DNA from: Ginglymostoma cirratum
Taxonomy: Eukaryota
Assembly (NCBI GenBank): GCA_024137785.1
Contig: JAHRHZ010000250.1
Coordinates: 1,408,515-1,472,514, forward strand
Length of the DNA stretch: 64,000 nucleotides
Direction: 5' to 3'
Shown: one piece after another, positions 35,939 through 48,019 of the stretch
How the letters are laid out: the number at the start of each line of letters is the position of its first letter
Numbering within the stretch: position 1 is the first letter of the stretch
The notes under the pieces: generated by a model
The model's input: the letters and a program-made list of their open reading frames with translations, nothing else
Databases searched by the model: none
Told to the model about the DNA's origin: nothing
Position numbers and translations under genes: made by a program

Positions 35939-38900
35939 AGTTTGGAGAAATATGTGGGCTATATTTGCCCTGATTTGGGAATTCAATTCTTTGCGAATAT
36001 ATTTATATTCGAGAAGGAGTGACTCAGTATAGCTTAATTTCTGTGGTATAGTTTCACGTGTTTGAAAAGAGGCTGCTCAACATAGACTAGTCACTTCTGC
36101 AGCAAGACATCATGTTTGGTGGTGTTTGGAAAGTCACGTTCTCTTAATGTTTGGAAAACCCTTCAGCAACACAAACTTTATTGATCCTGGACTAACCTTC
36201 TGTGAGAAGTGCACACAACTGAAAAAGAACTTGTGTGTGTAAGTGAAACATTATCCCAGCTTTCAAAGAGATAAAGTCACCCTGTGATAGTGATGCTTGC
36301 TGCATCAGGAGCAGATCTACCTGAAGTGTCCCATGTGAATAATTGAACACCATCTCAACTGTAAATGCAATTGCCTGAGATTCTGACAAATGCAACAAGA
36401 GTAATTCTATTATTACACTCTTTGTCAAATTAAATTTGCATTGTTACATACTGGTCAGCAAATGGGTTCTGGTATGTGAACACGTGTACTGTAGAACATT
36501 GTTTGCTCTATTAATTTAGTCAGGCTGCTGCAGATTTTGGGTGTGAATCACAATAAAGTATATTTTAAGTAGCTTTCCTATGTTGTCTATAATGTTGGAA
36601 AATGGTATCAGCTTTTATATATGTTTGATGATGTTTCTTGTAGAATGTGAGTTCTGTTGCTCTACTCTGTCGATCAATTTATTGAGGGTAGTTTTACATA
36701 TTTATGTCTTGTGACAAACTCATATAATGGGAACATTTACTCATTTCCTCCTTTTGATTGAGGAACATAATATATTGGAATCTCACCCTCTAGAAACAAT
36801 ATATTCACATAGGTTCATTTGTTTTGCTAGGTATTGATACATAGACAGATTGATAATCGTTTTAGATGCCAAAAACTTGTCATCTTTTCAATTCCACAAG
36901 GAGCATGCTTATTCTACCTCATGCGTTCAAGAAAATTTCTTGGGTGTTTTTTTTTTTGCTTATGTTCGTTCCAAATTGCTCAACATTGAACATTTAGATT
37001 AAAAGTGTACTCAAGTTCAATTTAGTTCAACTGAGCCCTTTTTGAATATGAAGTGGTAAAGAAAAATACTATTTCTTTGTTTACCTGCTGATCTCAAACA
37101 TTCAAGTCACAAATTTTATTTCACGGCAAAGTTCGATCTCTATTTGGAGATTTGTTATTTTGTGAAGGCTAGGATTTTTTTAGTTGTGCTGTACCATCAC
37201 CTGTAGGTTTTTTTCATCACTCAGGAGATTGTTTAATATAATGGTGAAATTTATGTTGTAATCCCAACGGCCATATAGTATTCAATTGGTATAGTTGATA
37301 ATCAGCCCTTCTGGTTTGAGAAAACTGATTTTTTTTTCCCTATGCTATTGGCATTGATCTAGGACCTATATCTTATGCTAGATATCCAGAAGATTGAAAT
37401 TATATTTTCAGTTCCACATCTTGGTTCCACAATTTGTTTGGCCCTGAGAAAAGTGAGGTCGACATAAGGTTCTTTCAAACATGAACTAAGTTTACTCATT
37501 GATTAAATCTTTAATGTCCACAGAAAGCTGCTTGGCAAGTGTTAAGATTACATTTGATTACTCTTTGGCCATATTAGCACTTATATGACAATAAAATGAT
37601 GCTAAAATAGGGGAGACTACTCTCTGGAGAGTCTTAGTACATGTCTTAAGTGATGCTGCAATACTGACAGTGTTCCATCAAAGCAAAAAAGCAATATAAT
37701 TTGTCATTTTTGATTCAGAGAAGATGTCTCACACTCTTTTGAGTGTACACAAACAATCTAGCCAAAAGCCAATTTAATAAGTTCAGGCAATTAGTTGAAA
37801 AACTTTAATGTTATGTTTTTCTTATAACATGAGAAAACTGATATTCTCATCAATTCTGTCTCAATATCATTCAGTATCTGTAGAAAACATGCAAGTTCTT
37901 GAGTTCAGAGTGTATGTTGTTCTCCAATATAACTATAATTTTCTTAGCTGGATTATATCTTATAACTGCTACTTGCAGCGGAATAATACTGTATAGATTG
38001 TATCAATACAAAACCCAAACTATACCAAGTGCGTACCAAAATAATTTGTAAGAAAAATGCTCACTAAAAATTTGAGGAGATTTCTAAATATAGGGCGAGG
38101 ATTCAGGTCACCTGAGCATTAGATCCAATTATTCAAGTTCATATCATTGAGTTGATCTTTTCGTGCTTTTTTCTCAAAAAAAAAACTGAGAAAGTTGCAT
38201 CCTTTTTGTTCTTTTGGGATTCTGAAATCTATTGTGACACGAAACACAAGTTCTCTCATAAACTGAAGAGTGTATAAAGGAATACCAAAATCTCAAGCAC
38301 GCAGAAAATAATGATACTGAGTGGTAGTAGGATATACCAGCTAAATCATTGAATTGGGGTTTGTATTAAAGAAAACCCTCTGGTGTTATACTGCACCAAC
38401 TGTTCCTAAGCAACAAACATGGTGGATAGTCCAAAGTATAGCGGTAAATCAAAAATGTAAAAGTTTCAATGGATACCGAGCTTTTCCCTCTTAATGTTAG
38501 ACATTACATCATGTGGAAATAATTTTAACATATTTGGTGCATGCTTTTATTTCATAATGATTGAGTGATGCTGGGTTTTATTTCCTTGGTTTGACATATT
38601 AAGTACAGTTAAATCCCTGGGCAATGGAATCTTCATACTTGTTGATAAATTACATATATTTGTGTCTTTTTTAACATGACTGTAAAATACATAAAATAAC
38701 TCTGTTACAAATTTCCCTAAATTGTGTTGAGGTAGCACTGCTAGCAGCATTTTCCTGAGACAGTGCCAATTTTAGAACTGCAACCTTATTGTGCACTGCT
38801 GCTACAGAGGCAGCTTTACGAATCATGTGTCTGTGGTTCATTTGACACTTTACTGAATCAACGTGAGAGTCCCTGGAAGCATTCTCAGCTAAATCAGACC

Positions 38901-39831
38901 TTCAAACCTGATTTATGACCAGACGTTAACACTGGGGAATAGGTGTTTTTGGCTTCACACTTACATCAAACATGAATGGTGTCAGTGTACCGTTTGTATA
39001 TATAGACATACAGCATGCTTTGTGTGACAGCAAAGCTGGTGGTTTAACTCACAAGCTATAGATCTCAGACTATAGTATGAAAATAACCTTCAGTAGTGTG
39101 ACATTCAAAGCACACAGTTGAAAAAGAGAATGTCTGGTACATTGTGCTGTGATGACGTGAATCAGTTGTTGGTCTTTTTACTACCTAATATTGCAAGCTG
39201 CTAATGTTTAATCAGAGATCTGCAGTTTTCCATTAAGTTTACCATGCTGCAAGCCAATTCCTTATCCTTTTGCTCTAGTGATGAACAAGCATCTTTATGA
39301 AACTAATTTTCTATTTTTAAATTTAAATATTCCTGATAATAGTGTATAGACTATGAAAATGCCTCTTTTAGCCCAATAGTCAATAACCCATTTAAACTGC
39401 ATGTAACATCATAACTCATCATCAACATTGCATTGATCTTATTAAGTTTTGTTTTAAATTTTGTCCATTTTTTCTTTTGAACTACTTAAGAAGGCAGCTT
39501 TAAGTAGTCACAAAAATAAAAGAAAAATACTGTACAAGCTAGCAATCTGAAATGAAAATAGAAGTGTGGAGAAATTCAGCAGGTCTGGAAACACCTGCAA
39601 AAGGAGCAATAGAGTTAACATTTCAAGTCCATATTACTTTTCTTGGTCCCAAAAAAAAGTTATATTGGATGCAAAACGTCAATTCAGTTTTTGAGTAATT
39701 GAGTTTCTCCACCATTTTCTATTTTGATTATAGAATTAATTAGTGGCCTGTTTGAAAGATTGTCTGCTATGAAATAATTCAGATGCATAATTAATTATCC
39801 ACCTCTGCCAATTGAGAACAGAAGAAGGTTT

Positions 39832-40187
39832 GGGGCGACACGGTGGTGCAATGTTTAGCACTGCTGCTGCATGGCATCAGGATCCAGGTTCAATGCCACT
39901 CTGGGGCGACTGTGAAATTTGCACATTTTCCCCATGTTTGCATGGGTTTCCTCATGGTACTTCAGTTTTCTCCCACAGTACAAAGATGTGCAGGTTAGGT
40001 AAATTGGCCATGCTAAAATGCCCATAGTGTCCCAAGATGTGCAGGCTAAGTGGATTAGCCATTGGAAATGCAGAGTTACAGGGATAGGATAGCGGGGTGG
40101 GTCTGGGTGGGATGCTCTTCAGATGGTCAGTGTGGACATGATGGGTCAAATGGCCTGCATCCACACTGAAAGAATACTATGATTCTA
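39832..40187 (+). mobile_element. HE1-like V-SINE (elasmobranch tRNA-derived SINE)
   Basis: tRNA-like head (cacggtggtgcaatgtttagcactgctgc...ccaggttcaatgcc), V-domain (tttgcacattttccccatgtttgcatgggtttcc...ctcccacagtacaaagatgtgcagg), CR1-like tail. Confidence 0.85.
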
Positions 40188-41764
40188 GTTCAATGTAGTT
40201 TGCACAGCCATCTCACAATCACTACCAATGGTGATCCCAATCTAGAAATTCAGATGTGTGAATCTCCTGTTTAAGTTTCACACCTTTATAGATAAAATAT
40301 GGTCCTCCCGGGCAATGGGCTGTATTAAGCAACAGAACACATTATAACTCTGGTATTCAGTCCTTTTGCTTTCTGGAATCCAGCTGATGAGTAAACATTC
40401 CAATGGTGACATGCCCAATAAAGATGTCATAGAATCATAGAGTCATACAGCACAGAAACAAATTCATTCCACCATTTAAAAAAACAATGTTAAACTGAAA
40501 ATGAGCATACAATCAAATGTCCTTAATTACGGAAAAGCTGGAACTTTTAAAGGTATAAAACATAAAAGATGATGAACCTATATGAGACTCCAGTAAGTCT
40601 TCAGAATATTATGTGTAGTGGTGGACTCCCAAAATTTTGAAAAAAATCACACTTTTACTTTGGAAAGATGAGAGTACTTTTTGTTTAATTCTAACCCACC
40701 ATGCTACTTGGTAGAAGACAGTTTATTGGCCAGTGTCATGTTACACGCAAACCTAAGTGTTCAGTGCAGCTGTGAATATGGTCCATTGGATAACTTACAG
40801 ATAAAATTTGTTCTAAGCTAATTAGTTTATTAAACACACTGCAGTATCATATGTAGATATTACAGAAAAACAGCTTGAATATACAGAATTTTTATTGAAA
40901 TAATACTGATTTTATGACAGTATGATATAACTATTTTGAATTCTGAATAAATAAGACAGTATATGTCAATGGTTGAGGGTTAGGAATAAGTTGAAGCCAT
41001 AGTATAAGACTTAAGGTAAAATATTTGGAATAGAGCTCTGGATAACATTTTTTTGAACAAACAGTCATGAGACGGTGGGGTTAATTTAAACAGTTAGTTG
41101 ATGAGACAGAAACTAGGTTAATAATTGATATTTTCCAGTGGGCTTTTTGATGGTCACATCAGTAGCAAGTAGGGGTCTTAAGCCCACACTTGGCAGGAGC
41201 CAGGCCAGTGGAGCTTTTTTATCCAGGAAGCAATCTCTTAAATGACTGTAAGATGGAGCTTGCCATCCTACTAAAGAAAGGAGACAGTATGGTTGACCAA
41301 ATCATAAGACTGGCAGCTGCAGAGCCTTGGCAGCTCAACTGGTAGAGGTTAGCCCCTGCCTTCACTGTCATCAACATGGAGTCAGAAAATTGCAGCACTG
41401 CGATCAGGAGCTAATTGGATAGGTGAATAAGGAAGAAGATAGTTGTAATGATTTGGGAAGAAGGAGGTGTTTAATGTGTTCTGAATTATTTTCTGGCATA
41501 GAAGGCAAGTGCCGCAATGTAATGACTGGGCTAAATTACCTGTTCCTGTGGCGTAACTTCTATTTATTTGTATGTGTACATTTAAGAGCAGTTTTTTTTT
41601 AGCAAGCAACATTCTCAATAGTATTTGGGGAATGCTTGGAACAAAAATAACAGTCCTTTGACTTTCTTTCCTCTTTTAATGAGGTTAAAGTTGTAGATAA
41701 CATTTAAATATGTCCACATGTCATGTAATGTGTCATACATATTAACCAGAGTTTTTTTTTGTAG

Positions 41765-41823
41765 GTAAAGCAACCAAATGCTGACTGGCGTTTCTCACAG
41801 ACTCACAGAGCCGAACTAAACAG
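41765..41823 (+). CDS. Protocadherin constant exon 1 (59 bp; VKQPNADWRFSQTHRAELN+AG)
   Basis: Poly-T tract plus AG at 41763-41764 and donor CAG|GTACTT at 41823/41824. Phase 0 in, matching the variable-exon donors. PNxDWRFSQ motif as in Pcdh-gamma (PPNTDWRFSQ) and alpha (QPNPDWRYS) constant exon 1, which are also 59 bp. Confidence 0.93.
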
Positions 41824-43777
41824 GTACTTATAAATTTTCTTTTGATGCCCTGGAGTTTTCTTAGTTCCAGAATTCATGGTTATGTACAGCCATTGGCAAA
41901 TGGACTACATTGAAGACATTTCACACATTTAACTTCAATGTTTTTATAAACATTGGTGATTCCTTCAGAACATTTAGCTGCTTTCTTAAAATGTCAACAA
42001 TTCACTGTTTTCCACCTAGTCGTGCAATGAGTGAAAGTAATAATGTGAAATGCGGTACCCATCCTTTTAAACATAAATGGGCCAGCATCTGATTCAATGT
42101 TTGTGATGAGAGTGTTATAATAGCAGGGATACAACAACAGTTCTTAATGACGCTAAACTAAAGGGATGAAAAAAGTACCATGTTTGCATGTTATCCAATA
42201 GCTGCTGACAGAAAGAGCATTTGTGAATGTCAGCTGTAGGCAACATTGTACTTACCTTTGAAGTTTTTTGATTACTAAATTGTTTGTCAAACTTGCTTGC
42301 TAGGTTTGCATGCGAAGTAACAGGGAAGGGGAATATTTTGGAAGTGATAAAAATAAACCATTTTAGCAAAAAAGTAGCTGACGAGAGATTTAATTGTTAA
42401 GAGGAGTTTAAATAGAGGAGATAGGAAGGATTAATTTCAATTAGAAGAGAGGTTAATAACCAGGCAGAATTGATTAAACACAATTAGTAAAGGGTTAGGG
42501 GAGGTGAGTGTGAAACTCACTGCCTGAAATGGTACTACAAGGCAGAAATCCTGGAATCACTTAAAAGATTTGGAAGTGCCCTGTAAGTGTTTGACTTCAC
42601 AGGGCTATAGTTCAAGTGCTGCAAAGTGCAATCAGGCTTAGGTCATTTGATAGAAAGCGCTAACCAGATAGAATAGAACCAAATAGAAGATCATTAAATG
42701 TTTTAAGGCTTACGTACATGGATTATTGTTAGACAAGGGCATTGAAGTGTATCAGGAGTAGATGGAAATGTGCAATTCATGACACAAAAAGCTCAGCCAT
42801 TATATTACTGAATAGTAAAGCAGGCCTGAAGGACCAGAAGAAATACCATTGCTACTAATTTGTATATTGTTTTTTCCTTCCCTGCTCTTTCCTCATGATA
42901 TATTTTCTTCCTTTCAAGTATCCAGCCTGTTCCCTTTTCAAAGAATTGAACCTGTGTCAACCAGTTAGTATTTTGCAGATTATAGCAACTATTGTGTGAA
43001 AAAATCTCTTTTCTGCTCTTTAGTTTTTCTACCAAATATCCTAAAACTGTGCTGTCTGTTACTGACTCTTCTGTAAGTGGGAACAGTTTCTCCTCATATA
43101 CTCTATTAAACTGAATTATTTTTGCACATCTCCATTAAATTTTCCCTAACCTTCTCTGCTGGAATTAGAAAAATCACAAATTCTCCAGTTTCTCCATTAA
43201 ACGGAAGTCCCTCATTACTAATATTAATCTCAGCTCCTTATTTGTGACCTCATTCAGGTATGTAAGATAGATCTGTGAATGGAAAACAGTAAATGCCAAA
43301 TATTGCTTTAAATTATATTACAAAAGTTGAACAAAGTAAAAACTAATGTCAGAAAATTCTAGAACTTAAGTGTTTCATGTGAAAAATAATCAATATGCAG
43401 AATGCACACCTGATAGAATGATAGAGGAGTGAACCTTGGAAATATTTAAACAATCAATGCAAAGCTATGCTGGGGTTACAGTAAAAGATCACTCTGAATG
43501 AAGAAGGTATTAAGATGCACTTAATAGTTTTGCACATGGAAATGAATTGCTCTGAAACAATAATCCAGTTGTCTTCTGCATTAAATGAAAAGATATTGAA
43601 CTTTAAAAAAAAGCATCAATCAAAATGTGCCCAAAGTAACAAAGTGATAATTACGTGGCTTCTTATCATGCATAGTCATTGTAACTGGAAATCATTGCAC
43701 TCTATCAGATTTGAACACCAGATGGTTTATAAATACGTAAAATCAAACTCTGCTATGTGATTCTTGTGTTATCTGCA

Positions 43778-44420
43778 TTTTTTTATTCATTCATGGGATG
43801 AGGGCCATACTGGCTAAGCCAGCAATTATTGCCCATCCCAGAGTACAGTTAAGGGTTTGGAGTCAGACTTAGGATGGCAGTTTCCTTCCCTGAAAGGTAT
43901 TAGTGAACCAGATGGGGTTTTCATGACAATTGACAATGGTTGCTTGGTCATCAAGAGACTCTTAATTCCAGGTTCTTTTTGAATTCAAATATCATTATAA
44001 GCTATGGGAGGATTTGAACCCGGGTCCCGAAACATTACCTGGATCTCTGGATTAACAGTCCTGCAATTGTTCCACAAGGCCATGTAGGCCAGTTCTTTTT
44101 TTATTCATTCATGGGATGTAAGCATTGCTGGCTAGGCCAGTATTTGTTGACCATCCCTAGTCACCCATAAACTGAATGGCTTCCTAGGCCAGTTCAGAGG
44201 GCAGGTAAGAGTCCAACACTGGAGTTACATGTAGGCCAGACCACATACAACTGCAGTTTTCTGTCATTAAAAGAACCAGTTAGGTTTTTAAAACAATAGT
44301 TTCACGGTCATCGTTTGATCTTTAATTTTTAAAAAGCATTGATTTCAAATGCCACCATCTGCTGTGGTGGGATCCAAACATTACAGGGACTCTGGATTAC
44401 TTGTCCAGCAACAGTATCAT
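43778..44420 (-). mobile_element. Two tandem copies of the tRNA-derived SINE (about 43778-44080 and 44097-44420)
   Basis: Each starts tttttattcattcatgggatg...ctggctaggccag and matches the reverse complement of 56650-56993. Confidence 0.8.
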
Positions 44421-45410
44421 CAACCTGCACAAAGGAATGTGTGAGAATATTGTTCACAGTTGGAGAAGCTAATACCCACTGTGTTACTGTCTTTTCCAAT
44501 TTCTCCAAGAATGTCTGAGACTTCCCGCCTCTTCCCAATGGTGCACAAATCATTATCTAAATGTAATAGGAAGTCCTTAATCTGATGGAACTTCCAGTTA
44601 TGTTGGGTTCTCTGAAGGATTTTTTTTAACTTGTCTGCCTGGTATTGACATTGGTTATAGTTAAACTTCAATCTCCACTTCAAAAATACCTGTAAGATCC
44701 AATAAGATCACATTGTTCTTCGAGTTGAAAATTATTCTCTTATAAAACCGAATGGTTCCACTGATTATGTCCTTTAATAACAATAGACCAAGATACATAG
44801 AGCAAAAGAAAAATATTTCCTACATAAAGGCACAACAATAAAATGGTAGTTTTTCAATGAGCACTGCTTACAATTTAAAACTGTTTGATCTATAAGCAAA
44901 TTGTTCAGATATAGCAAAGTTCTAAAAATGGAACTAAAACACACATTAATCCTCATTGTATAAATATTTACCTTTTTTATCATTATTTCTCCTGAATACT
45001 CCTGCAGCACTGAATGAATTATGTTGTGAATGAATTATACTGTTCCTTTTTTGGAGAAGGTCTTTTGCTGACATTCACCATTTAGCCTGATACATTGGCT
45101 GTTAACTCAAATCAGGGAAGTCATCTCTGACCTGTTCAATCCATTGAGCCCAATGCTGTAAGGACAGTACATCAGTGAAAAGGAAGGGTGAAAACTCAAC
45201 CTCTCCTCAAATGTGCTCCACATTTTTCTCCAGAAATGTTTACTAATGGTCAGGTTCTAGTTGCACAGATACCTCTCATTTAGCCAAGTTGACCATATTC
45301 ACATAGAAACTTTCAATTGTGCATTGAAAGATTATTTCATTGAATCACGGAGTTATTCAGCTTTTTATCTCTCTTCCAGCTCCTACAAGGAGCAATTTAT
45401 TACTACCAGT

Positions 45411-45834
45411 CTTGTGGTTGTTTGGCTCGCCGAGCTGGTTCGTTGTTTTTCCACAGACATTTCATTACCCTGCTGGGTAACATCATCAGTGCAGCCTTCA
45501 ATGAAGCGCTGTTGTGTTTTCCCATCTGTTATTTGAGCTCTAGAGTCCGTTGAGCTGGATTACCTCACTTCCAGTTTTCCTTAGTAGTGGAGTGTATATG
45601 GGGTCGAGCTCGACGTGTTTGCTGATGGCTTCCTTCGTGGAGTACCAGGCTTCTAGGAATTCCCACGCTTGTTTCTGCTTTGGTCCAATTCAACTGGGAC
45701 AACACCAAGATCCTGGGACAAGCAAAACAGAGATAAGAAGGGTAATGAAACATCTGCGGAAAAACAACGAACCAGCTCGGTGAGCCAACCAACCACAACA
45801 TCCACAACCCGAGCTAGAAATCTACTCCAAAACC
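45411..45834 (-). mobile_element. Penelope-like retroelement 3' fragment in inverted configuration, with hammerhead core
   Basis: Minus strand encodes KQKQAWEFLEAWYSTKEAISKHVELDPIYTPL. Plus strand from ~45689 encodes FNWDNTKILGQAKQR. Both are PLE GIY-YIG C-terminal motifs. Inverted terminal segments 45411-45470 and 45740-45800. Confidence 0.8.
45451..45496 (-). ncRNA. Minimal type I hammerhead ribozyme motif
   Basis: Minus-strand RNA ggCUGCA-CUGAUGA-uGUUACCC-agca-GGGUAAU-GAAA-UGUC-UGUGG has the core boxes, a 7-bp stem II, and stem I CUGCA/UGUGG. Confidence 0.65.
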
Positions 45835-47034
45835 TTACTACCGTTCTCTTGGTCTTTCATCATAGCCCGCAAATTTTATTTTCAAACACATATTAAATTC
45901 CGTTTTGAAAGTTTCTTTGAATCAGCTTCTACCACCCTTTCAAACATATATTGAAAATTATTAAAACCCACTGTTTAAAACAAGTTCTCCTCAGTCTTTA
46001 GTTCTTAATTCCTAAATTTGTAACTTTTGGACGCTACCCCTGCAGAAATTGCAAATATCTTTTCCTTCCTTTTACCATCGAACCTTCATGACTTGGAGCA
46101 TCTTTGTTAAATTTTCTGTTACTGCTCCCTGTTTTAAGAAGAACAGTTCAAGCTTCTCCAATCTCACCGTGTATCTGAAGCTTCTCTATGGTACCTTTAA
46201 AGTAAATACTCTCTTGTACCCTCTCCAAGGCCATACCACATTGTTCCAAATATGTGGTTCTGAGAACTGAACATGGAACTCTAGTTGAGGACTAGCCTGG
46301 TGACTGGTGATTTAAAAAGCTTAAGTTAAAATTCCTTGCTTTGGTACTCTATTCCTTTATTGAGAAAATCTTATATGTTTTTGTTAACTGCTTTGTCAGT
46401 GGTCCAGCTGCCTACAAACTTTAGGGCTTTACAAACAGATTCAAGGAATTGTTACAATGAAGGCTATTCAGCCCATCATGTTTGCACCAACTCTCTGAGC
46501 ATTTTGCGTTAGGGCCATTCTCCTGCCTTTTCCCAGTAACCCTGAACATTCTTTGTATTTAATTAATATCTAATGCCTCAATTGAAGCTGCCTCCACCAC
46601 AATTTAAATACTCATAGGTTTCCCATCACAAATTGGAAACTTGCCCCATCTTAAAAAAGAAGCTTGCATTTATATAGTGGTTTTAATATAATAAAATGTT
46701 CCATAGAAGGGCATTTAAATGGTTGTTGGATAAACATATGGATGATAATGGAATAATGTAGGTTAGATGGGCCTCAGATTGGTTTCACAGGTCGGCGTAA
46801 CATCAAGGGCCGAAGGGCCTGTACTGCGTTGTAATGTTCTATGTTCTATAGTTCCGCTATACTAGCTCTGCCTAACCCTAACCCAAACCTTATTGCATCA
46901 AGAAAATAGAACACATAGACATGAGGAGAGATACAGGTAGGTGACCAGAGCCTTGTGAGAGTTTTAGGGAGCATATTAAAGGAAGAGAGAATGGGCCCAA
47001 GCAGCTGAAGGGATGGACACCAATGGTGATGCAA

Positions 47035-47612
47035 TACAAAAATAGGTAAAATGGGGAAGTCTTGCTAATACTATACAAAGCATTACCAGACCACAGCTGG
47101 AATACTGCGCACAGTTTTACTCTCTTTATCTAAGGAATGATATACTGGCATTAAAGGCAGTCTAGAAAAGCTTCACTATGTTCATCATGGATCTGGAACA
47201 ATTTTCTTATGAGGAGAGGTTGAGTAGTTTGTGCTTCTACTCATTGGAGATTAGGAGAATGAGAGGGGACCTTATTGAAACAAATAAGGTTCTTAGAAGG
47301 CTTGACTGGGTAGATACTGAGACATAATTTCAGAATAAGGGGTCTCCCATTTAAGACAGAGATGGGGAAGATGTCCGTCTCTCAGAGGGTAGCGAATCTG
47401 AGGAACTTGTACCACAGAGTGTTGTTAAGTCTGGGTCATGAAGTATCTTCAAGACTGAGATAGACAGATTTCTAATCAGTCAGAGAATCAAGAGTTATGG
47501 GGAAAAGGCAGGAAAGTGGAGTTGAGACTGATCAGATCAGCTGTGATCTCATTTAATAGTGAAGCAGACTGAATGGGTTGAATGGCCCATTTTTGCTGGT
47601 ATACTGTATGAT
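47035..47612 (+). mobile_element. CR1-type LINE 3' fragment immediately upstream of constant exon 2
   Basis: ctatacaaagcatt...ccacagctggaatactgcgcacagtt (LYKxLVRPxLEYCxQF), tatgaggagaggttgag, agaatgagaggggaccttattgaaac, typical 3' UTR. Confidence 0.8.
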
Positions 47613-47789
47613 TTTAAGACTTAAAGCTGATGAAAGCAATTCCTTGATTTGAACAGACAGTATAAGTAAGAAGTCATATTAGAAAGTGAAACTCCTATTT
47701 CAGGTCAGCTCAGACTCTGGTTCATCATCTACAACTTTCATATCCTTGTTTTCATGGCTAGCGACTATGTTCCCTGTTTTTTTCTGCAG

Positions 47790-48019
47790 TTCTCAGTATC
47801 AGGAGGACGAAGGAGTACAGCGTGATATACAACGTGAAGTTCAGCGTGAGGTGCAGTGTGATGTCCAGTGTGAAGCACCTCATGACGTCCAGTGCAATGT
47901 GCCCCATAACATTCAGCATGAGGTTCAGCGTGATGTTCCCTGTGACGTGCAGCGAGTGGTTGAGAATGAACCTGGCGCAGCAAGGAAACCAGCATGTGCA
48001 AGGCCTGCAGCCATCCCTG
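47790..48019 (+). CDS. Protocadherin constant exon 2 (230 bp; SQYQEDEGVQRDIQRE...AARKPACARPAAIP) containing a tetrapeptide repeat
   Basis: Acceptor ccctgtttttttctgcAG| at 47788-47789. Phase 2 in completes AG+T=Ser from exon 1 (ELN-S-SQ, compare gamma TSG-SQ). Open frame (part of ORF 47686..48081). Donor CTG|GTCAGT at 48019/48020 is phase 1, as in alpha/gamma constant exon 2. Confidence 0.8.
47815..47958 (+). repeat. Coding 12-bp tandem repeat, 12 units (consensus GTN CAG CGT GAN)
   Basis: VQRD IQRE VQRE VQCD VQCE APHD VQCN VPHN IQHE VQRD VPCD VQRV. Confidence 0.9.

Noticed and set aside
38788-38816. CTGCTGCTACAGAGGCAGC as a CTCF/enhancer site upstream of constant exon 1
   Set aside because: Spacing does not fit the CTCF core, and it cannot be supported without a matrix scan or ChIP data.
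39832-39905. tRNA-like A/B boxes (also at 56650, 59453, 61870)
   Set aside because: SINE heads, not intact tRNA cloverleafs.
46871-46889. CCTAACCCTAACCCAAACC telomere-like stretch
   Set aside because: Only about three imperfect units, too short to call an interstitial telomere.
47815-47958. CRISPR-like or other prokaryotic repeat array
   Set aside because: Contiguous degenerate 12-mers without spacers, inside a vertebrate exon. No prokaryotic features in the window.
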